A stretch of 64,000 nucleotides of DNA from an uncultured Lachnospiraceae bacterium (GCA_910586955.1 CAJUMM010000003.1:8553-72552), one strand, 5' to 3'; positions 28,278-38,990 are shown, counted from the first letter of the stretch. Numbers and translations are program-made. Notes: generated by a model not told the origin, from the sequence alone.

Positions 28278-29300
28278 CTAGTCAAAGGCAAACAGCACTT
28301 TCTGGCATTCTTCGTCAAACATATTCTCTCTGGTAATCACTGTAGTGGCCGTGTCCACCTGCCGGTTTTCGATGGGAAGATTATTAATCAGGTTGTAGGC
28401 GCACTCCACCCCCAGGTATCCCATGGCATAGGGATTCTGCACGATCAGGGCATCCACCTCCCCGGTCTCCAGCATTCCCACGGAAACCACATTGCTGTCA
28501 AAAGCCACCACCATGGTCTCTTCGGCCAATCCCATTTCCTGGATAGCATAGCCCACTCCCAGGCTGGTCCACTCGTTAAAAGTGGCAATCACATTGATCT
28601 CCGGATGCTCCCGCAGCATCTCAAAAGTGCGCTCCTGGGAATCTTCCGTGGTGGAAAGCACATTGATGGCATCCACAATCCGCACTCTTTCGTCTCCCTC
28701 CAGGATCTCACGGAAACCGGCCTCCCGCTGCTGGCCGTTGGCGGAATTTTTATCAAAGTTTACAATTCCCACATTCAGCTCCTCCTGCTCACAGGCAAGA
28801 ACTGTCCTCCCCGCCATACGGCCCGCCTCGTAATTATCCGTGCTGATGCGGCTGCTTACCTGGACACTGTCCACGTCGCTGTCAATCACCACAATTTTTA
28901 CCCCCTGCTCCGCCGCTGCGTCAATGGCAGCAGCATTGGCCTGATAATCCACTGCGGAAAATACAATCACATCCGCCCCGTTTTCCACGGCTCTGGCAAT
29001 CATCTCATTCTGGGTCTGGTAATCCTCCTCGTTGTCAGGCCCTTCCACCGTCAGTGTCAGATTGTACTCCGTCCCTGCCGCATTGGCCCCGGCAAATACG
29101 GATTTCCAGAAGGCAGACCTGGTGGACTTAACAATCACGGCCACATAGTGCTTATTCGTCTCTCCGCTCTCCGTTCCGTAACTGTGAAGATTCCGGATAA
29201 TATAGCGGATTCCCACCACATAGCAAAGGATCAGAAGCAGGGCACCTAATGGAATCAGATAAAACTGGGGACCTGGCTGAAATTTTCTATTTTCCTTCAT
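28278..29300 (-). CDS. Membrane-anchored sugar-binding protein coupled to the two-component system
   Basis: N-terminal TM without lipobox; FWKSVFAGA, STDNYEAG, IVQNPYAMGY; overlaps the kinase stop. Confidence 0.82.
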   Translation of the reverse strand: MKENRKFQPGPQFYLIPLGALLLILCYVVGIRYIIRNLHSYGTESGETNKHYVAVIVKSTRSAFWKSVFAGANAAGTEYNLTLTVEGPDNEEDYQTQNEMIARAVENGADVIVFSAVDYQANAAAIDAAAEQGVKIVVIDSDVDSVQVSSRISTDNYEAGRMAGRTVLACEQEELNVGIVNFDKNSANGQQREAGFREILEGDERVRIVDAINVLSTTEDSQERTFEMLREHPEINVIATFNEWTSLGVGYAIQEMGLAEETMVVAFDSNVVSVGMLETGEVDALIVQNPYAMGYLGVECAYNLINNLPIENRQVDTATTVITRENMFDEECQKVLFAFD

Positions 29301-31002
29301 AACCGCCCTCCTTCACCTTGGGAATCCGGATCTCCACGCAGGTCCCCTCGTCCAGCTCGCTGGTAATCCGAAGGCCGTACTCCTCCCCAAAATAAATCCT
29401 TATCCGGTCATTGACATTTTTTATCCCGATTCCTGTCCGGTCGCCTGCCTCCCGGTGAAGAATCTCCCTGCACTGTTCCTTGGACATTCCCACTCCGTTA
29501 TCCGTCACCGTTATGCGGATGGCAGTCTCTTCCTCCCGGATACGGATATCGATGCGCCCCTCGTCCACCATCCGGTCAATGCCGTGATAAATGGCATTTT
29601 CTATGATAGGCTGGAGGGTGATCTTATTGCACAGGTAGGGAAGACAGCTCTCCTCCACGTCAAATCCATAGGAAAACTGGTTTTTATAGCGGTAATTCTG
29701 AATTTTCAGGTAACTCCTGGCGTGCTGCAGTTCTTTCTCCAAAGTAATCAGCTCGTGGCCCCGGCTGATGCTGATCCGGAAGAGCCTTGCCAGGGCATTC
29801 ACCATCTCCACCGCTTCCCCGGTGCGGTCCTCCTCGCACATCCAGGCAATGGAGTCCAGGGTATTATAGAGGAAATGGGGATTAATCTGGGCCTGCAGGG
29901 CATTCAGCTCTGTCTTGCGCAGGGTAATCTCCTCCTGGCGCACCCGCTCCATAAGCCTCTGAATCCGAAGAACCATATGCCCGAAAGAATCGGAAAGAGC
30001 AGAAATCTCGCTGGTTCCCCGGACAGGAACAAACCGGAAATTCTCCGCATCTTTCTCAAACTCTCCCATGGCCCTGGTAAGCCGGGTGGCCGGCTGGGCA
30101 AAAAGCCGGGAAAACAGGATACCCAGAAGAATGGCCGTCACCAGCACCAGAAGAAGCAGGATCCAGCAGATCCGGACCATATGCTCCACCCGGCTGGTAA
30201 TCAGCTCGTCCACATAGCTGACTCCCACGATCCGCCAGTTGCAGTTCTCCAGGGTATGGATGGTGTAAATCACATTGGAGCGGGGGTACGACCCGTCCGG
30301 CAGCCCTTTTAACTCCCCGGTGGTCTCCTCCTTCAAGCCCGAATAAATCAGCTGCTGCTGGGGATGGTAGACCAGATTTCCTTCCGTATCCTGAATAAAG
30401 CAGTATCCGTGCTGCCCGATTCCCACCTGATCCACGTAGGCCGCAATATTGGAAAACCGGATATCCATAATCACATGCCGTTCTTTCCCGTCCCCGGTCC
30501 TCATGTTCTGGGAAATCGTCACCACCCAGGGATAGTACTCAATAAACAAATTCTCCACATGGGGTTTGGAAATCCAAATCCCCTGATCCCCGGAACGCTT
30601 GGAATAGGAAAGATTCCGGAATACGGTTCTCTTTTCCCGCAGTCCGTTTGACCAGCATTCCACGGGATTCCCATCCAGATCATAGATGGCCACCGCCACT
30701 ACGTCGGAACGTATCTCCAGGAAACTTTCGAAAAACTCATCCCGTTCTTCCTCAGGCTTTCCCATGTTTTCTGCAATCAGCTCCATGGCGTCAGCCATAT
30801 CCTTTGTATAATTTTCCACGGTGTTCATAACCTGGAACACCGCCTGCTCACTGGTAGTCACGGCATTCTGCTCCATAGAGCTCTGATACAGACGGATGAA
30901 AAACAAAAGAGCCGCCAAAAGCACCGCCAGAACCAGCACCGTTACCACAAATGCCATCACCATGGAAAGGGAAATCCGGCTTCCAATCCTATCCTTCTTC
31001 AT
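29287..31002 (-). CDS. YesM/LytS-type sensor histidine kinase (Cache-HAMP)
   Basis: LQAQINPHFLYNTL, LQPIIENAIYHG, DNGVGM, GIGIKNV. Confidence 0.93.
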   Translation of the reverse strand: MKKDRIGSRISLSMVMAFVVTVLVLAVLLAALLFFIRLYQSSMEQNAVTTSEQAVFQVMNTVENYTKDMADAMELIAENMGKPEEERDEFFESFLEIRSDVVAVAIYDLDGNPVECWSNGLREKRTVFRNLSYSKRSGDQGIWISKPHVENLFIEYYPWVVTISQNMRTGDGKERHVIMDIRFSNIAAYVDQVGIGQHGYCFIQDTEGNLVYHPQQQLIYSGLKEETTGELKGLPDGSYPRSNVIYTIHTLENCNWRIVGVSYVDELITSRVEHMVRICWILLLLVLVTAILLGILFSRLFAQPATRLTRAMGEFEKDAENFRFVPVRGTSEISALSDSFGHMVLRIQRLMERVRQEEITLRKTELNALQAQINPHFLYNTLDSIAWMCEEDRTGEAVEMVNALARLFRISISRGHELITLEKELQHARSYLKIQNYRYKNQFSYGFDVEESCLPYLCNKITLQPIIENAIYHGIDRMVDEGRIDIRIREEETAIRITVTDNGVGMSKEQCREILHREAGDRTGIGIKNVNDRIRIYFGEEYGLRITSELDEGTCVEIRIPKVKEGGYEGK

Positions 31003-32575
31003 GCTGCCTCCTGCAGGCATTGGGAGAAACACCCTCGTATTTTTTAAAGCAGTAACTGAAATAATGCTGATCGTTGTACCCGCATTTCTCCGAAATCTCC
31101 CGGACCTTCATCTGGGTTTCCAAAAGGAGGCTCTTGGCCGTCTCCATCCGCTTCTTTGTCAGCAGATCGATAAAGGTACTGCCTGTAGAGCGCTTCATCA
31201 ATGCGCTCAGGTAATTGGGACTGACGGAAATCTCCCCGCTGATGGAATTGAGGGAGAGATTGGGGTCGGAATACCGGTTGGCAATGATATCCAGAGCCAT
31301 ATCGCAAATCACGGAACTGCTCTTCTTCCGGTGCTCTGCCAGCAGGTCTCTGGCCGCCAGGCAGAAGGTCAGATAGCGCTCCTGCATTTCCCTGGCATTT
31401 TCAAAAAACCACTGGCTCTGGAGGGGAGAAACTTTCTGCAGGCTCTTCACCGCCTCAGAACCCGCCACGGCATATACTAACCGGAACACAGCCGCAATGA
31501 TCTGCACCATTACCAGCTGGATGTTCATGGCCGGGGAGTCCTCCTGTTCCATCTGGTCAAAGAGTCCGCAGATACAATCCTTTACTTCCTTCTGGGTCCC
31601 GCCCCGGAGCAGCCCTTCAATCTCATTTACCACAGTCTGTATCCGCTCCTGGTCAAAGGTCCCCGAGCGCTCAACATCCGCAATAAAGCAGATTCCCATA
31701 TCACTGCGCCTGGAGTAGCCCAAGGCGTCCATAGCTTCCATATAAGCTTCATGGCAGCTGCTCAAATCCGGCACAATCCGGCTCACGCCGATAGAGGAGG
31801 ACAGATTCACAATCCGCTTCATGCTCTGGGAAATGTCCTCCACAAGGATATGCAGATACTTGTCCAGGCTGCCCCGGGTGGCTGCCAGCAAAGAGAGCAC
31901 CCGGCCCCCGGTATAGAAACTCACATGACGCATATATTTCCTGAGAATCCGGTGCACCGCATTGGCACTCTTCTCTCCGGTACAGTTCTTTCCCTCATCA
32001 TCCCAGAAGCTGGCCACAATAACCGCATAGTACATCTGGGTATAGTCTTCCTTAAGAAGCCCCCTGTTCACGGCCTCTTCCACCAGCTCCTCCTCCCGGA
32101 CGGCGCCTCCCTGGAAAGAGTCAAGAAGCAGGGGCATGGCAAACCCCGTCAGGCTCTTCTGCTCCTGCTCCGAGGTCTTGCTGGTAAACTCTTCGAATTT
32201 TTCGTCAATCTTTTTCTTGATCTTTTTCAGCTCCTCCGTCAGCTCCACGGAAGAGATGGGTTTCAGCATATAACTGATGATATTATACTGGATGGCCTGC
32301 TGGGCATAAGTAAAATCATCAAAACCGCTTAGAAAGGCGATCTGTATGGTGGGGCGTATCTCCCGCACCTCCCGGGCCAGCTCAATGCCCGACATAAAAG
32401 GCATCCGAACGTCCGTCAGCAGCAGATCCGGCTCCAGCTTCTCCACCATCTCCAGGGCCTCCGCTCCGTTTTCCGCCTGCCCTACCACCCGGAACCCTAC
32501 CTCCTCCCAGTTAATCCGGCGGATAAGAGCCTGGCGCAGTTCCACTTCGTCGTCTGCAATTACGATTGTATACAT
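30989..32575 (-). CDS. YesN-type response regulator (REC + AraC HTH)
   Basis: IVIADDE, LLTDVRMP, YMLKP; C-terminal CGYNDQHYFSYCFKK..GVSP. Start ATG 32575. Confidence 0.93.
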   Translation of the reverse strand: MYTIVIADDEVELRQALIRRINWEEVGFRVVGQAENGAEALEMVEKLEPDLLLTDVRMPFMSGIELAREVREIRPTIQIAFLSGFDDFTYAQQAIQYNIISYMLKPISSVELTEELKKIKKKIDEKFEEFTSKTSEQEQKSLTGFAMPLLLDSFQGGAVREEELVEEAVNRGLLKEDYTQMYYAVIVASFWDDEGKNCTGEKSANAVHRILRKYMRHVSFYTGGRVLSLLAATRGSLDKYLHILVEDISQSMKRIVNLSSSIGVSRIVPDLSSCHEAYMEAMDALGYSRRSDMGICFIADVERSGTFDQERIQTVVNEIEGLLRGGTQKEVKDCICGLFDQMEQEDSPAMNIQLVMVQIIAAVFRLVYAVAGSEAVKSLQKVSPLQSQWFFENAREMQERYLTFCLAARDLLAEHRKKSSSVICDMALDIIANRYSDPNLSLNSISGEISVSPNYLSALMKRSTGSTFIDLLTKKRMETAKSLLLETQMKVREISEKCGYNDQHYFSYCFKKYEGVSPNACRRQHEEG

Positions 32576-32640
32576 AGGCAACTCCTGATTTCTTTCTGCA
32601 AAACTTATTAATTTCTGCGTTTTTCTATATGATACCCTAA

Positions 32641-32758
32641 AAAAAGGCAAAAGAAAAGTCCCGGCATGCCGGAACCTGTAATTTCGAGGGAGTGGGGGCA
32701 CCCTTTCGGGTACCCCCGAGTGTTATGAATGAAATACTGATATGTGTTCTTGCTACAT
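32641..32758 (-). ncRNA. Candidate small RNA (~115 nt) or structured leader
   Basis: Extended -10 TGtTATATT at ~32763-32771; hairpin gggggtaccc-GAAA-gggtgccccc; unpaired CTCCCTC; terminator ggttccggc-at-gccgggact followed by a T-rich run. Confidence 0.5.
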
Positions 32759-32867
32759 TCTTAATATAACAGGGAATTGTGACAAATATATGTCCAGCCT
32801 CTAAAAAAATTCTAAAGTAGATTAAGAAATTCTTACGAAAGGCGAAAGAAAAAAGCAAGCCCTGTTT

Positions 32868-34031
32868 TTACAGCACACCGGCGCCCTGTCCAATGTCTAC
32901 CACATAGAAATCCGCCTTGATTCCCGTGCGTTTTTCGTAGGCTGCTCCCACCTTTTCAATAAAGGCATCTACGGAATCATTCTCCACAATGCTCACGGTA
33001 CAGCCGCCAAATCCCCCTCCTGTCATGCGGGATCCCAGAACGCCGGGAAGCTTCCAGGCCTCCTCCGCCAGAATATCCATCTCCTGGCAGGACACCTCAT
33101 AGTCGTCCCGGAGGGACACGTGGGACTCATTCATCAGCTTTCCAAAAGCTGCGATATCATTGTCCTTAAGTGCCTGTACCGCCTTAAGGGTTCTCTGGTT
33201 CTCATAAACTGCGTGCTTCGCCCGGTTTCTCTCCACCGGATCGGAAATGGCGTCTTTATGCTCCTCGAAACCGGGAATATCCAGCTCACCCAAGGCCTGG
33301 ATGTCTGTCACGGCCTGAAGCTGCTTTAAAGCAGACTCACACTGCCGCCGGCGCACATTGTACTCAGATCCCACCAGGCTGTGCTTGACATTGCTGTTTG
33401 CGATAACGATTCTGGCATGATCAAGCTTCACCGACGCATACTCATAGGAAAGGTCTGCCGTGTTCAGGAAAATAGCATGATCCTTCTTTCCCATGGCGCT
33501 GGCAAACTGATCCATAATGCCGCAGTTCATGCCATTGAAATTGTTCTCGGAAAACTGTCCAATCAGGGCAATCTCCACCTGGCTCACTTCAAAGCCAAAC
33601 ATATCCCGCAGCATCACACCCATGAGAACTTCCAGGGACGCCGAAGAAGAAAGCCCGGAGCCGGCTGGAATATCCCCGTAAATCACAACATCCATGCCGG
33701 AGGGGACAGGATTTCCTTTCTCCCCGAAAGCCCAGAAAACCCCCTTGGGATAATTGGTCCAGCCTGCATCCTCCCGGTATACCAGATCGTCAAGGCTGGT
33801 GGTAATCACCCCTGCTCTCTCGAAATTCATGGAATAAAAGCGGAGAGTCCGATCCTCCCGCTTCCTTGCCGCCCCGTAAGTCCCCATGGTCAGGGCGCAG
33901 GGAAATACATGTCCCCCGTTGTAGTCCGTGTGCTCACCGATAAGGTTCACACGTCCCGGTGCAAAATACGTGCGGATATCTCCCTCTCCCCCATACAGCT
34001 CTGCAAATTTCTGTAACACCTGATTTTTCAT
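32868..34031 (-). CDS. galK: Galactokinase
   Basis: APGRVNLIGEHTDYNGG, GSGLSSSAS, CGIMDQF, SRMTGGGFGG. Confidence 0.97.
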   Translation of the reverse strand: MKNQVLQKFAELYGGEGDIRTYFAPGRVNLIGEHTDYNGGHVFPCALTMGTYGAARKREDRTLRFYSMNFERAGVITTSLDDLVYREDAGWTNYPKGVFWAFGEKGNPVPSGMDVVIYGDIPAGSGLSSSASLEVLMGVMLRDMFGFEVSQVEIALIGQFSENNFNGMNCGIMDQFASAMGKKDHAIFLNTADLSYEYASVKLDHARIVIANSNVKHSLVGSEYNVRRRQCESALKQLQAVTDIQALGELDIPGFEEHKDAISDPVERNRAKHAVYENQRTLKAVQALKDNDIAAFGKLMNESHVSLRDDYEVSCQEMDILAEEAWKLPGVLGSRMTGGGFGGCTVSIVENDSVDAFIEKVGAAYEKRTGIKADFYVVDIGQGAGVL

Positions 34032-34111
34032 CTGCTCTTACCTCCCGTTTAATCTTGCACTGCCTAAAATCCTTTTCTCCAGGACAGACAGCGCCGCTGC
34101 CTTTAGTATAA

Positions 34112-34145
34112 TAAAAAAAGGAGCGTCTGTCCACACAGACGCTCC
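34112..34145 (-). terminator. Terminator of the amino-acid ABC operon
   Basis: ggagcgtctgt-ccac-acagacgctcc with a T-run on the minus strand. Confidence 0.85.
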
Positions 34146-34158
34146 GAATTGTTAAAAA

Positions 34159-34881
34159 TTATAAAACTTTTGATAAAAAATCCTGGAGCCTGGGATCCTT
34201 TGGATGCTCAAAGAATTCCTTAGGCGTATTCTCCTCCTTGATCACCCCTTCGTCCATAAAGAGGACCCTTGTGGCTACCTCCCTGGCAAATCCCATCTCG
34301 TGGGTAACTACCACCATAGTCATGCCGTCATTGGCCAGCTTTTTCATCAGCTCCAGCACTTCGCCCACCATCTCCGGATCCAAGGCCGAAGTAGGCTCGT
34401 CAAAGAGCATCACCCTGGGCTTCATAGCCAGGGAGCGGACAATGGCAATCCGCTGCTTTTGCCCGCCGGACAGCTGCACGGGATACACCTCCGCCTTGTC
34501 CTCCAGATTCACCAGCTTCAGAAGGCGCATGGCCTCCTCTTCCGCCTCTTCCTTGGACATAAGCTTTAAGCGCACAGGAGCCAGCATAATATTTTTCTTC
34601 ACGGTCAGATTGGCAAAGAGGTTGAAATGCTGGAATACCATACCCATGTGCTGCCGCACCTTGTTGATATCCGTATGGGGATCCGTGATCTCCTGCCCGT
34701 CAAAAGTAATAGTTCCGCCTGTAGGCTGCTCCAGCAGGTTCAGGCAGCGCAGGAAGGTGGATTTGCCCGATCCCGAAGGCCCTACAATCACCACTTTTTC
34801 TCCCGGACAGATATGGGCGTCAATATTGGCAAGGACCTGATTGTCCCCGAAGGTTTTCGACAAATTCTTAACGTAAATCAC
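34159..34881 (-). CDS. Polar amino acid ABC transporter ATP-binding protein (GlnQ/ArtP-like)
   Basis: [44 protein letters not shown]. Confidence 0.94.
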   Translation of the reverse strand: MIYVKNLSKTFGDNQVLANIDAHICPGEKVVIVGPSGSGKSTFLRCLNLLEQPTGGTITFDGQEITDPHTDINKVRQHMGMVFQHFNLFANLTVKKNIMLAPVRLKLMSKEEAEEEAMRLLKLVNLEDKAEVYPVQLSGGQKQRIAIVRSLAMKPRVMLFDEPTSALDPEMVGEVLELMKKLANDGMTMVVVTHEMGFAREVATRVLFMDEGVIKEENTPKEFFEHPKDPRLQDFLSKVL

Positions 34882-35614
34882 TCTTGCGCAGCCTCCTCTC
34901 CATTTTGCCCAAAAGCCAGGTAAGAACCATAACCATGGCCAGGTAAATCACGGCAATGCCCAGGAAAGGCACCAGAGCCTGGTATGTATTTGCCTGAACA
35001 ATCATAGCGCCCTTAGTCAAATCTTTCAAGCCGATAACCGTCACAATGGAAGTCTCCTTCAAAAGGGTAATCAGCTCGTTTCCCAGAGCCGGAAGGACAT
35101 TCTTAAAGGCCTGGGGGACAATGATAAACCGCATGGTGTTAATATAGTTCAGACCCAGGGAACGTCCCGCCTCCATCTGCCCCTTATCGATGGACATAAT
35201 GCCGGAGCGGACAATCTCCGCCACATAGGCCCCGGAGTTGATGCCGAAAGCCAGCACGGCACAACGGATCAGGTTCCCGTCCGTACCCCGGGTGGAGCCC
35301 GGAAACACAACCGGCCAGATAACAAACCACATAATCAGAAGCTGCACCATCATAGGCGTTCCCCGGATGACCGTCAGGTAGAACTTACAGATTCCGTTGA
35401 GAATCCCCAGAACAAAATTTTTCTTATTTGCCGGCTGCTGATCATGGGCGGAACGTATCACCGCCACCAAAACCCCCAGTACTACCCCCAGCACCAGGGC
35501 AAGTGCCGTTACCAGAAGGGTGATCCGGACACCCTTCACAAAATAAATATAATTGCCCTTATAGACAAATGTCTGATAAATGTCCTCTTGTATGCCTTCC
35601 CACCATGCTCCCAC
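34868..35614 (-). CDS. Polar amino acid ABC permease
   Basis: [33 protein letters not shown]. Confidence 0.93.
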   Translation of the reverse strand: MGAWWEGIQEDIYQTFVYKGNYIYFVKGVRITLLVTALALVLGVVLGVLVAVIRSAHDQQPANKKNFVLGILNGICKFYLTVIRGTPMMVQLLIMWFVIWPVVFPGSTRGTDGNLIRCAVLAFGINSGAYVAEIVRSGIMSIDKGQMEAGRSLGLNYINTMRFIIVPQAFKNVLPALGNELITLLKETSIVTVIGLKDLTKGAMIVQANTYQALVPFLGIAVIYLAMVMVLTWLLGKMERRLRKSDLR

Positions 35615-35698
35615 GCTTGTCTTCGGCCCCCTCTCTCCTTTTGTCGAAACCGCAGAAAAGAGGGATGTCTGCTCCGAGACATCCCCCTGATGCTCCTA

Positions 35699-36553
35699 TT
35701 ATTCTGCTTTGATATACTTATCCAGGACTGCCTGAATGGATCCGTCCGCTTTGAGCTCCTCCAGGGCGGTATTCAGGGCATCCAAAAGCGCCGTATTCTC
35801 CTTGGCTACCGCTGCCGCATAATCCTCAATCACATACTCGGTTTCCAGAATCTTTAAGCCCTCGTTGGCTTCCACAAAGCTGATAGCCGGCTGCTGGTCA
35901 ATCACCACACAGTCCACGGAGCCGTTTATCAGGTTCTGTACAGCCGTGGCGCCGTTGGTATAAGCCAGCACGTTCTCCTCACCGAAATCTTCGGAACAGA
36001 AGGTGTATCCGGTGGTTCCCTCCTGAACGCCGATGAGCTTGCCCTCCAAATCGTCCACAGAGGCAATGTCGGAATCCTCTTTTACGATGATCACCTGAAC
36101 ACCGGTTGCATAAGAATCCGTGAAGTTAACGTTCTTCAGACGCTCCTCCGTAACGGTCATGCCGGCCAGTCCCATATCTACGCCACCGGTCTGTACGGAT
36201 GTTACGATTGCGGAAAAGTCCATATCCATAATCTCCAGTTCCAGTCCCAGTTTCTCGGCCAGAAGTCCTGCAATCTCCGCATCGATTCCCACGATCTCTT
36301 CTCCGTCGTAGAACTCGTAGGGCGGAAATGCCGCATTGGTTCCCATAGTCAGGACGCCTTCCGTCACGGTTTTCACTTCCCCAGGTGCCTCTGCCGGGGC
36401 TTCCGTCTCAGCCGGAGCTTCTGCATCCTGTCCCTCCTGTGCAGGGGCCTCTGTCTCTGCAGGCGCCTGTGCCGGCTCCTCCTGCTTTGATCCGCAGGCC
36501 GCTAAGGATACACACATAAGGCCCGCCAGTAATACAGCGATTAATTTTTTCAT
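35699..36553 (-). CDS. Polar amino acid-binding lipoprotein (probably Arg/Lys/Gln class)
   Basis: Lipobox LAAC; GTNAAFPPYE, GMTVTEER, GVQEGTTG. Confidence 0.9.
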   Translation of the reverse strand: MKKLIAVLLAGLMCVSLAACGSKQEEPAQAPAETEAPAQEGQDAEAPAETEAPAEAPGEVKTVTEGVLTMGTNAAFPPYEFYDGEEIVGIDAEIAGLLAEKLGLELEIMDMDFSAIVTSVQTGGVDMGLAGMTVTEERLKNVNFTDSYATGVQVIIVKEDSDIASVDDLEGKLIGVQEGTTGYTFCSEDFGEENVLAYTNGATAVQNLINGSVDCVVIDQQPAISFVEANEGLKILETEYVIEDYAAAVAKENTALLDALNTALEELKADGSIQAVLDKYIKAE

Positions 36554-36629
36554 TTTTTCTTCCTCCCATATACTTAATCCGTAATACGTGTTTCATTCTA
36601 TCACGATTTCCGGAAAATACAAGAGGAAA

Positions 36630-36668
36630 AATGAATAAATTATAGAAAATTTTGCATAAATTTTCGTT
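36630..36668. promoter_or_regulatory. Tandem ARG-box-like operators
   Basis: aaTGAATaaattatagaa and ttTGCATaaattttcgtt, 18 bp each, 3 bp apart, upstream of the amino-acid ABC operon. Confidence 0.5.
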
Positions 36669-36708
36669 TTTTAGGCCAAACCGGGAAATCCCCCTACACT
36701 CTTCGACA

Positions 36709-36736
36709 TTGACTTTCCCCCTTGATATGATATACT
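36709..36736 (+). promoter_or_regulatory. Promoter of uppP
   Basis: TTGACT-N16-TATACT with extended TG. Confidence 0.6.
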
Positions 36737-36772
36737 AACTAAAAATCAGAAGGAAATGAGGAGTTTGAAGAA

Positions 36773-37597
36773 ATGAATCTTGCAGAATGGTTAAAGGTGC
36801 TTCTGCTGGGCATTGTGGAGGGCATCACCGAATGGCTGCCCATCAGCAGCACGGGACATATGATTTTAATTGAAGAACTGGTACATTTAAATGTAAGCAA
36901 TGAATTTATGGAGATGTTCCGGGTGGTTATCCAGCTGGGAGCCATTCTGGCCGTAGTGGTGCTCTATTTTAAAAAGCTCTGGCCTTTTACCACCCCGGAA
37001 AAGGGATGGGTCAAAAAGGAAACCTGGTCTCTCTGGTTTAAGGTCCTGGCCGCCGTTCTGCCGGCCGCCCTTATCGGCATCCCTTTTGACGATAAGATCG
37101 ACGCTCTCTTCTATAACTACCAGACGGTAGCCGTCACCCTCATCGTCTACGGCGTTCTCTTTATCGTCATCGAAAACCGGAACCGGGGACAGCGGCCCAT
37201 TGTCCGCAGCTTCCGGCAGTTAAGCTATTCTATGGCCTTTTTCATCGGAGCCTTCCAGGTTCTGGCCCTGATTCCCGGCACTTCCCGTTCCGGCGCAACC
37301 ATTTTAGGCGCCATGCTTCTGGGCTTGTCCCGGCCCATCGCCGCAGAGTTCAGCTTCTTCCTGGGCATCCCGGTGATGTTCGGCGCAAGCCTCCTAAAGC
37401 TGGTGAAATTCGGCTTTGATTTCACCGGAACGGAAATCTCCATTCTTATCGTGGGAATGGCGGTGGCCTTTGTGGTATCCATTCTGGCTATCCGCTTCCT
37501 CATGGGCTATATCCGCAAGCATGATTTCAAAGCCTTCGGATATTACCGGATTGTGCTGGGGATTGCTGTGCTTACATATTTTCTTTTGTTTGGTTAA
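36773..37597 (+). CDS. uppP: Undecaprenyl-diphosphate phosphatase
   Basis: [36 protein letters not shown]. Confidence 0.96.
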   Translation: MNLAEWLKVLLLGIVEGITEWLPISSTGHMILIEELVHLNVSNEFMEMFRVVIQLGAILAVVVLYFKKLWPFTTPEKGWVKKETWSLWFKVLAAVLPAALIGIPFDDKIDALFYNYQTVAVTLIVYGVLFIVIENRNRGQRPIVRSFRQLSYSMAFFIGAFQVLALIPGTSRSGATILGAMLLGLSRPIAAEFSFFLGIPVMFGASLLKLVKFGFDFTGTEISILIVGMAVAFVVSILAIRFLMGYIRKHDFKAFGYYRIVLGIAVLTYFLLFG

Positions 37598-37605
37598 GGG
37601 GCCAT

Positions 37606-37662
37606 AAAAAACGGACGCAGTCAAAACCGGGAATGATCCGCTTTTGGCCGCGTCCGGCTTTA
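37606..37662. terminator. Hairpin between convergent uppP and aminotransferase
   Basis: cggacgcagtcaaaa..cgg..ccg..ttttggccgcgtccg. Confidence 0.6.
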
Positions 37663-37681
37663 TATATCCCTGCAAAACTTT

Positions 37682-38968
37682 CTACTTTTCTTCCAGCAGT
37701 TTCTCTACGCTGACCAGCTTCACACAGAGCACAAAGAGATCTGCCGCCATCTGAAGCTCTTCCCTGGTGGGGAAGGAGGGCGCCAGGCGGATGTTGCTGT
37801 CTCTGGGATCCTTTCCGTAGGGATAAGTGGCTCCTGCTCCGGTGAGTATCACGCCGGCTTCTCTGCATTTTGCTACAATGGCTTTGGCACACCCCTCCAG
37901 GGAGTCGAAGGAAATAAAGTATCCGCCCTTGGGACGAATCCAGCTTCCGATCCCAAGCCCGCCAAGCCCCTGCTCCAGGGTATCCAGAACCGCCTCAAAT
38001 TTGGGCCGCATAATGGCCGCATGCTTGCGCATATGGGCATGGATACCGTCAATATTTTTAAAGAACCGCACATGGCGCAGCTGGTTCACTTTGTCATGTC
38101 CGATGGTCTGAATGGTCAGCTGCTTTTTGATATCCTTCAGGTTGTTAAAGGACGTGGCAATGCAGGCCACACCGGAACCGGGAAAACTAATCTTGGAAGT
38201 GGAACAGAATTTATAAACCAAGTCCGGATTTCCTGCCTTCTCACACTCGTCCAGAATCTCCAGAAGGAAATCCTGATCGTCGTCATAGAGATGATGCACG
38301 CTGTAGGCATTGTCCCAGAAAATGCGGAAATCCTCCGCCGCCGGTTTCAAACGGGCAAAGCGGTGAACCGTCTCATCGGAGTAGGTGATGCCCTGGGGAT
38401 TGGAGTATTTCGGTACGCACCAGATTCCCTTCACAGCCGGATCACTGCTCACCAGTTCTTCCACCATATCCATATCCGGTCCCTGAGGCGTCATGGGAAC
38501 CGGAATCATCTCAATCCCGAAGTATTCTGTAATGGCAAAATGGCGATCGTATCCGGGCACAGGACATAAGAATTTCACTTTATCCAGCCTGCACCAGGGG
38601 GTATGCCCCATTATCCCGTGGGTCATGGCCCGGGCCACGGTATCGTACATGACATTCAGGCTGGAATTTCCGTAAATAATCATGTTATCGGGAGATACCT
38701 CGGACATCTCTCCCAGAAGCTGCTTGGCCTCTTTCACACCGTCCAGGACTCCGTAATTCCTGCAGTCCACCCCTTCGGAATCTTTCAAATCCACGCCGCT
38801 GTGAAGAACATCCATCATTCCCATGGAAAGATCAAGCTGCTCCGCACTGGGCTTTCCCCGGGACATATCCAGATGCAGTCCCTTTGCCTTCGCCTCCTGG
38901 TACCTGGCATCCAGTTCTTCTTTCAGTTTCAAAAGTTCCTCTTTGCTCCATTGGCAATACGGTTTCAT
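37682..38968 (-). CDS. PLP-dependent aminotransferase (aspartate aminotransferase type Ic-like)
   Basis: LDMSRGKPS, PVPGYDRHF, PKYSNPQG, FWDNAY, STSKISFPG; start ATG 38968 with GAGGAGG RBS. Confidence 0.88.
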   Translation of the reverse strand: MKPYCQWSKEELLKLKEELDARYQEAKAKGLHLDMSRGKPSAEQLDLSMGMMDVLHSGVDLKDSEGVDCRNYGVLDGVKEAKQLLGEMSEVSPDNMIIYGNSSLNVMYDTVARAMTHGIMGHTPWCRLDKVKFLCPVPGYDRHFAITEYFGIEMIPVPMTPQGPDMDMVEELVSSDPAVKGIWCVPKYSNPQGITYSDETVHRFARLKPAAEDFRIFWDNAYSVHHLYDDDQDFLLEILDECEKAGNPDLVYKFCSTSKISFPGSGVACIATSFNNLKDIKKQLTIQTIGHDKVNQLRHVRFFKNIDGIHAHMRKHAAIMRPKFEAVLDTLEQGLGGLGIGSWIRPKGGYFISFDSLEGCAKAIVAKCREAGVILTGAGATYPYGKDPRDSNIRLAPSFPTREELQMAADLFVLCVKLVSVEKLLEEK

Positions 38969-38990
38969 AATTTTCCTCCTCTTTCTGTTT

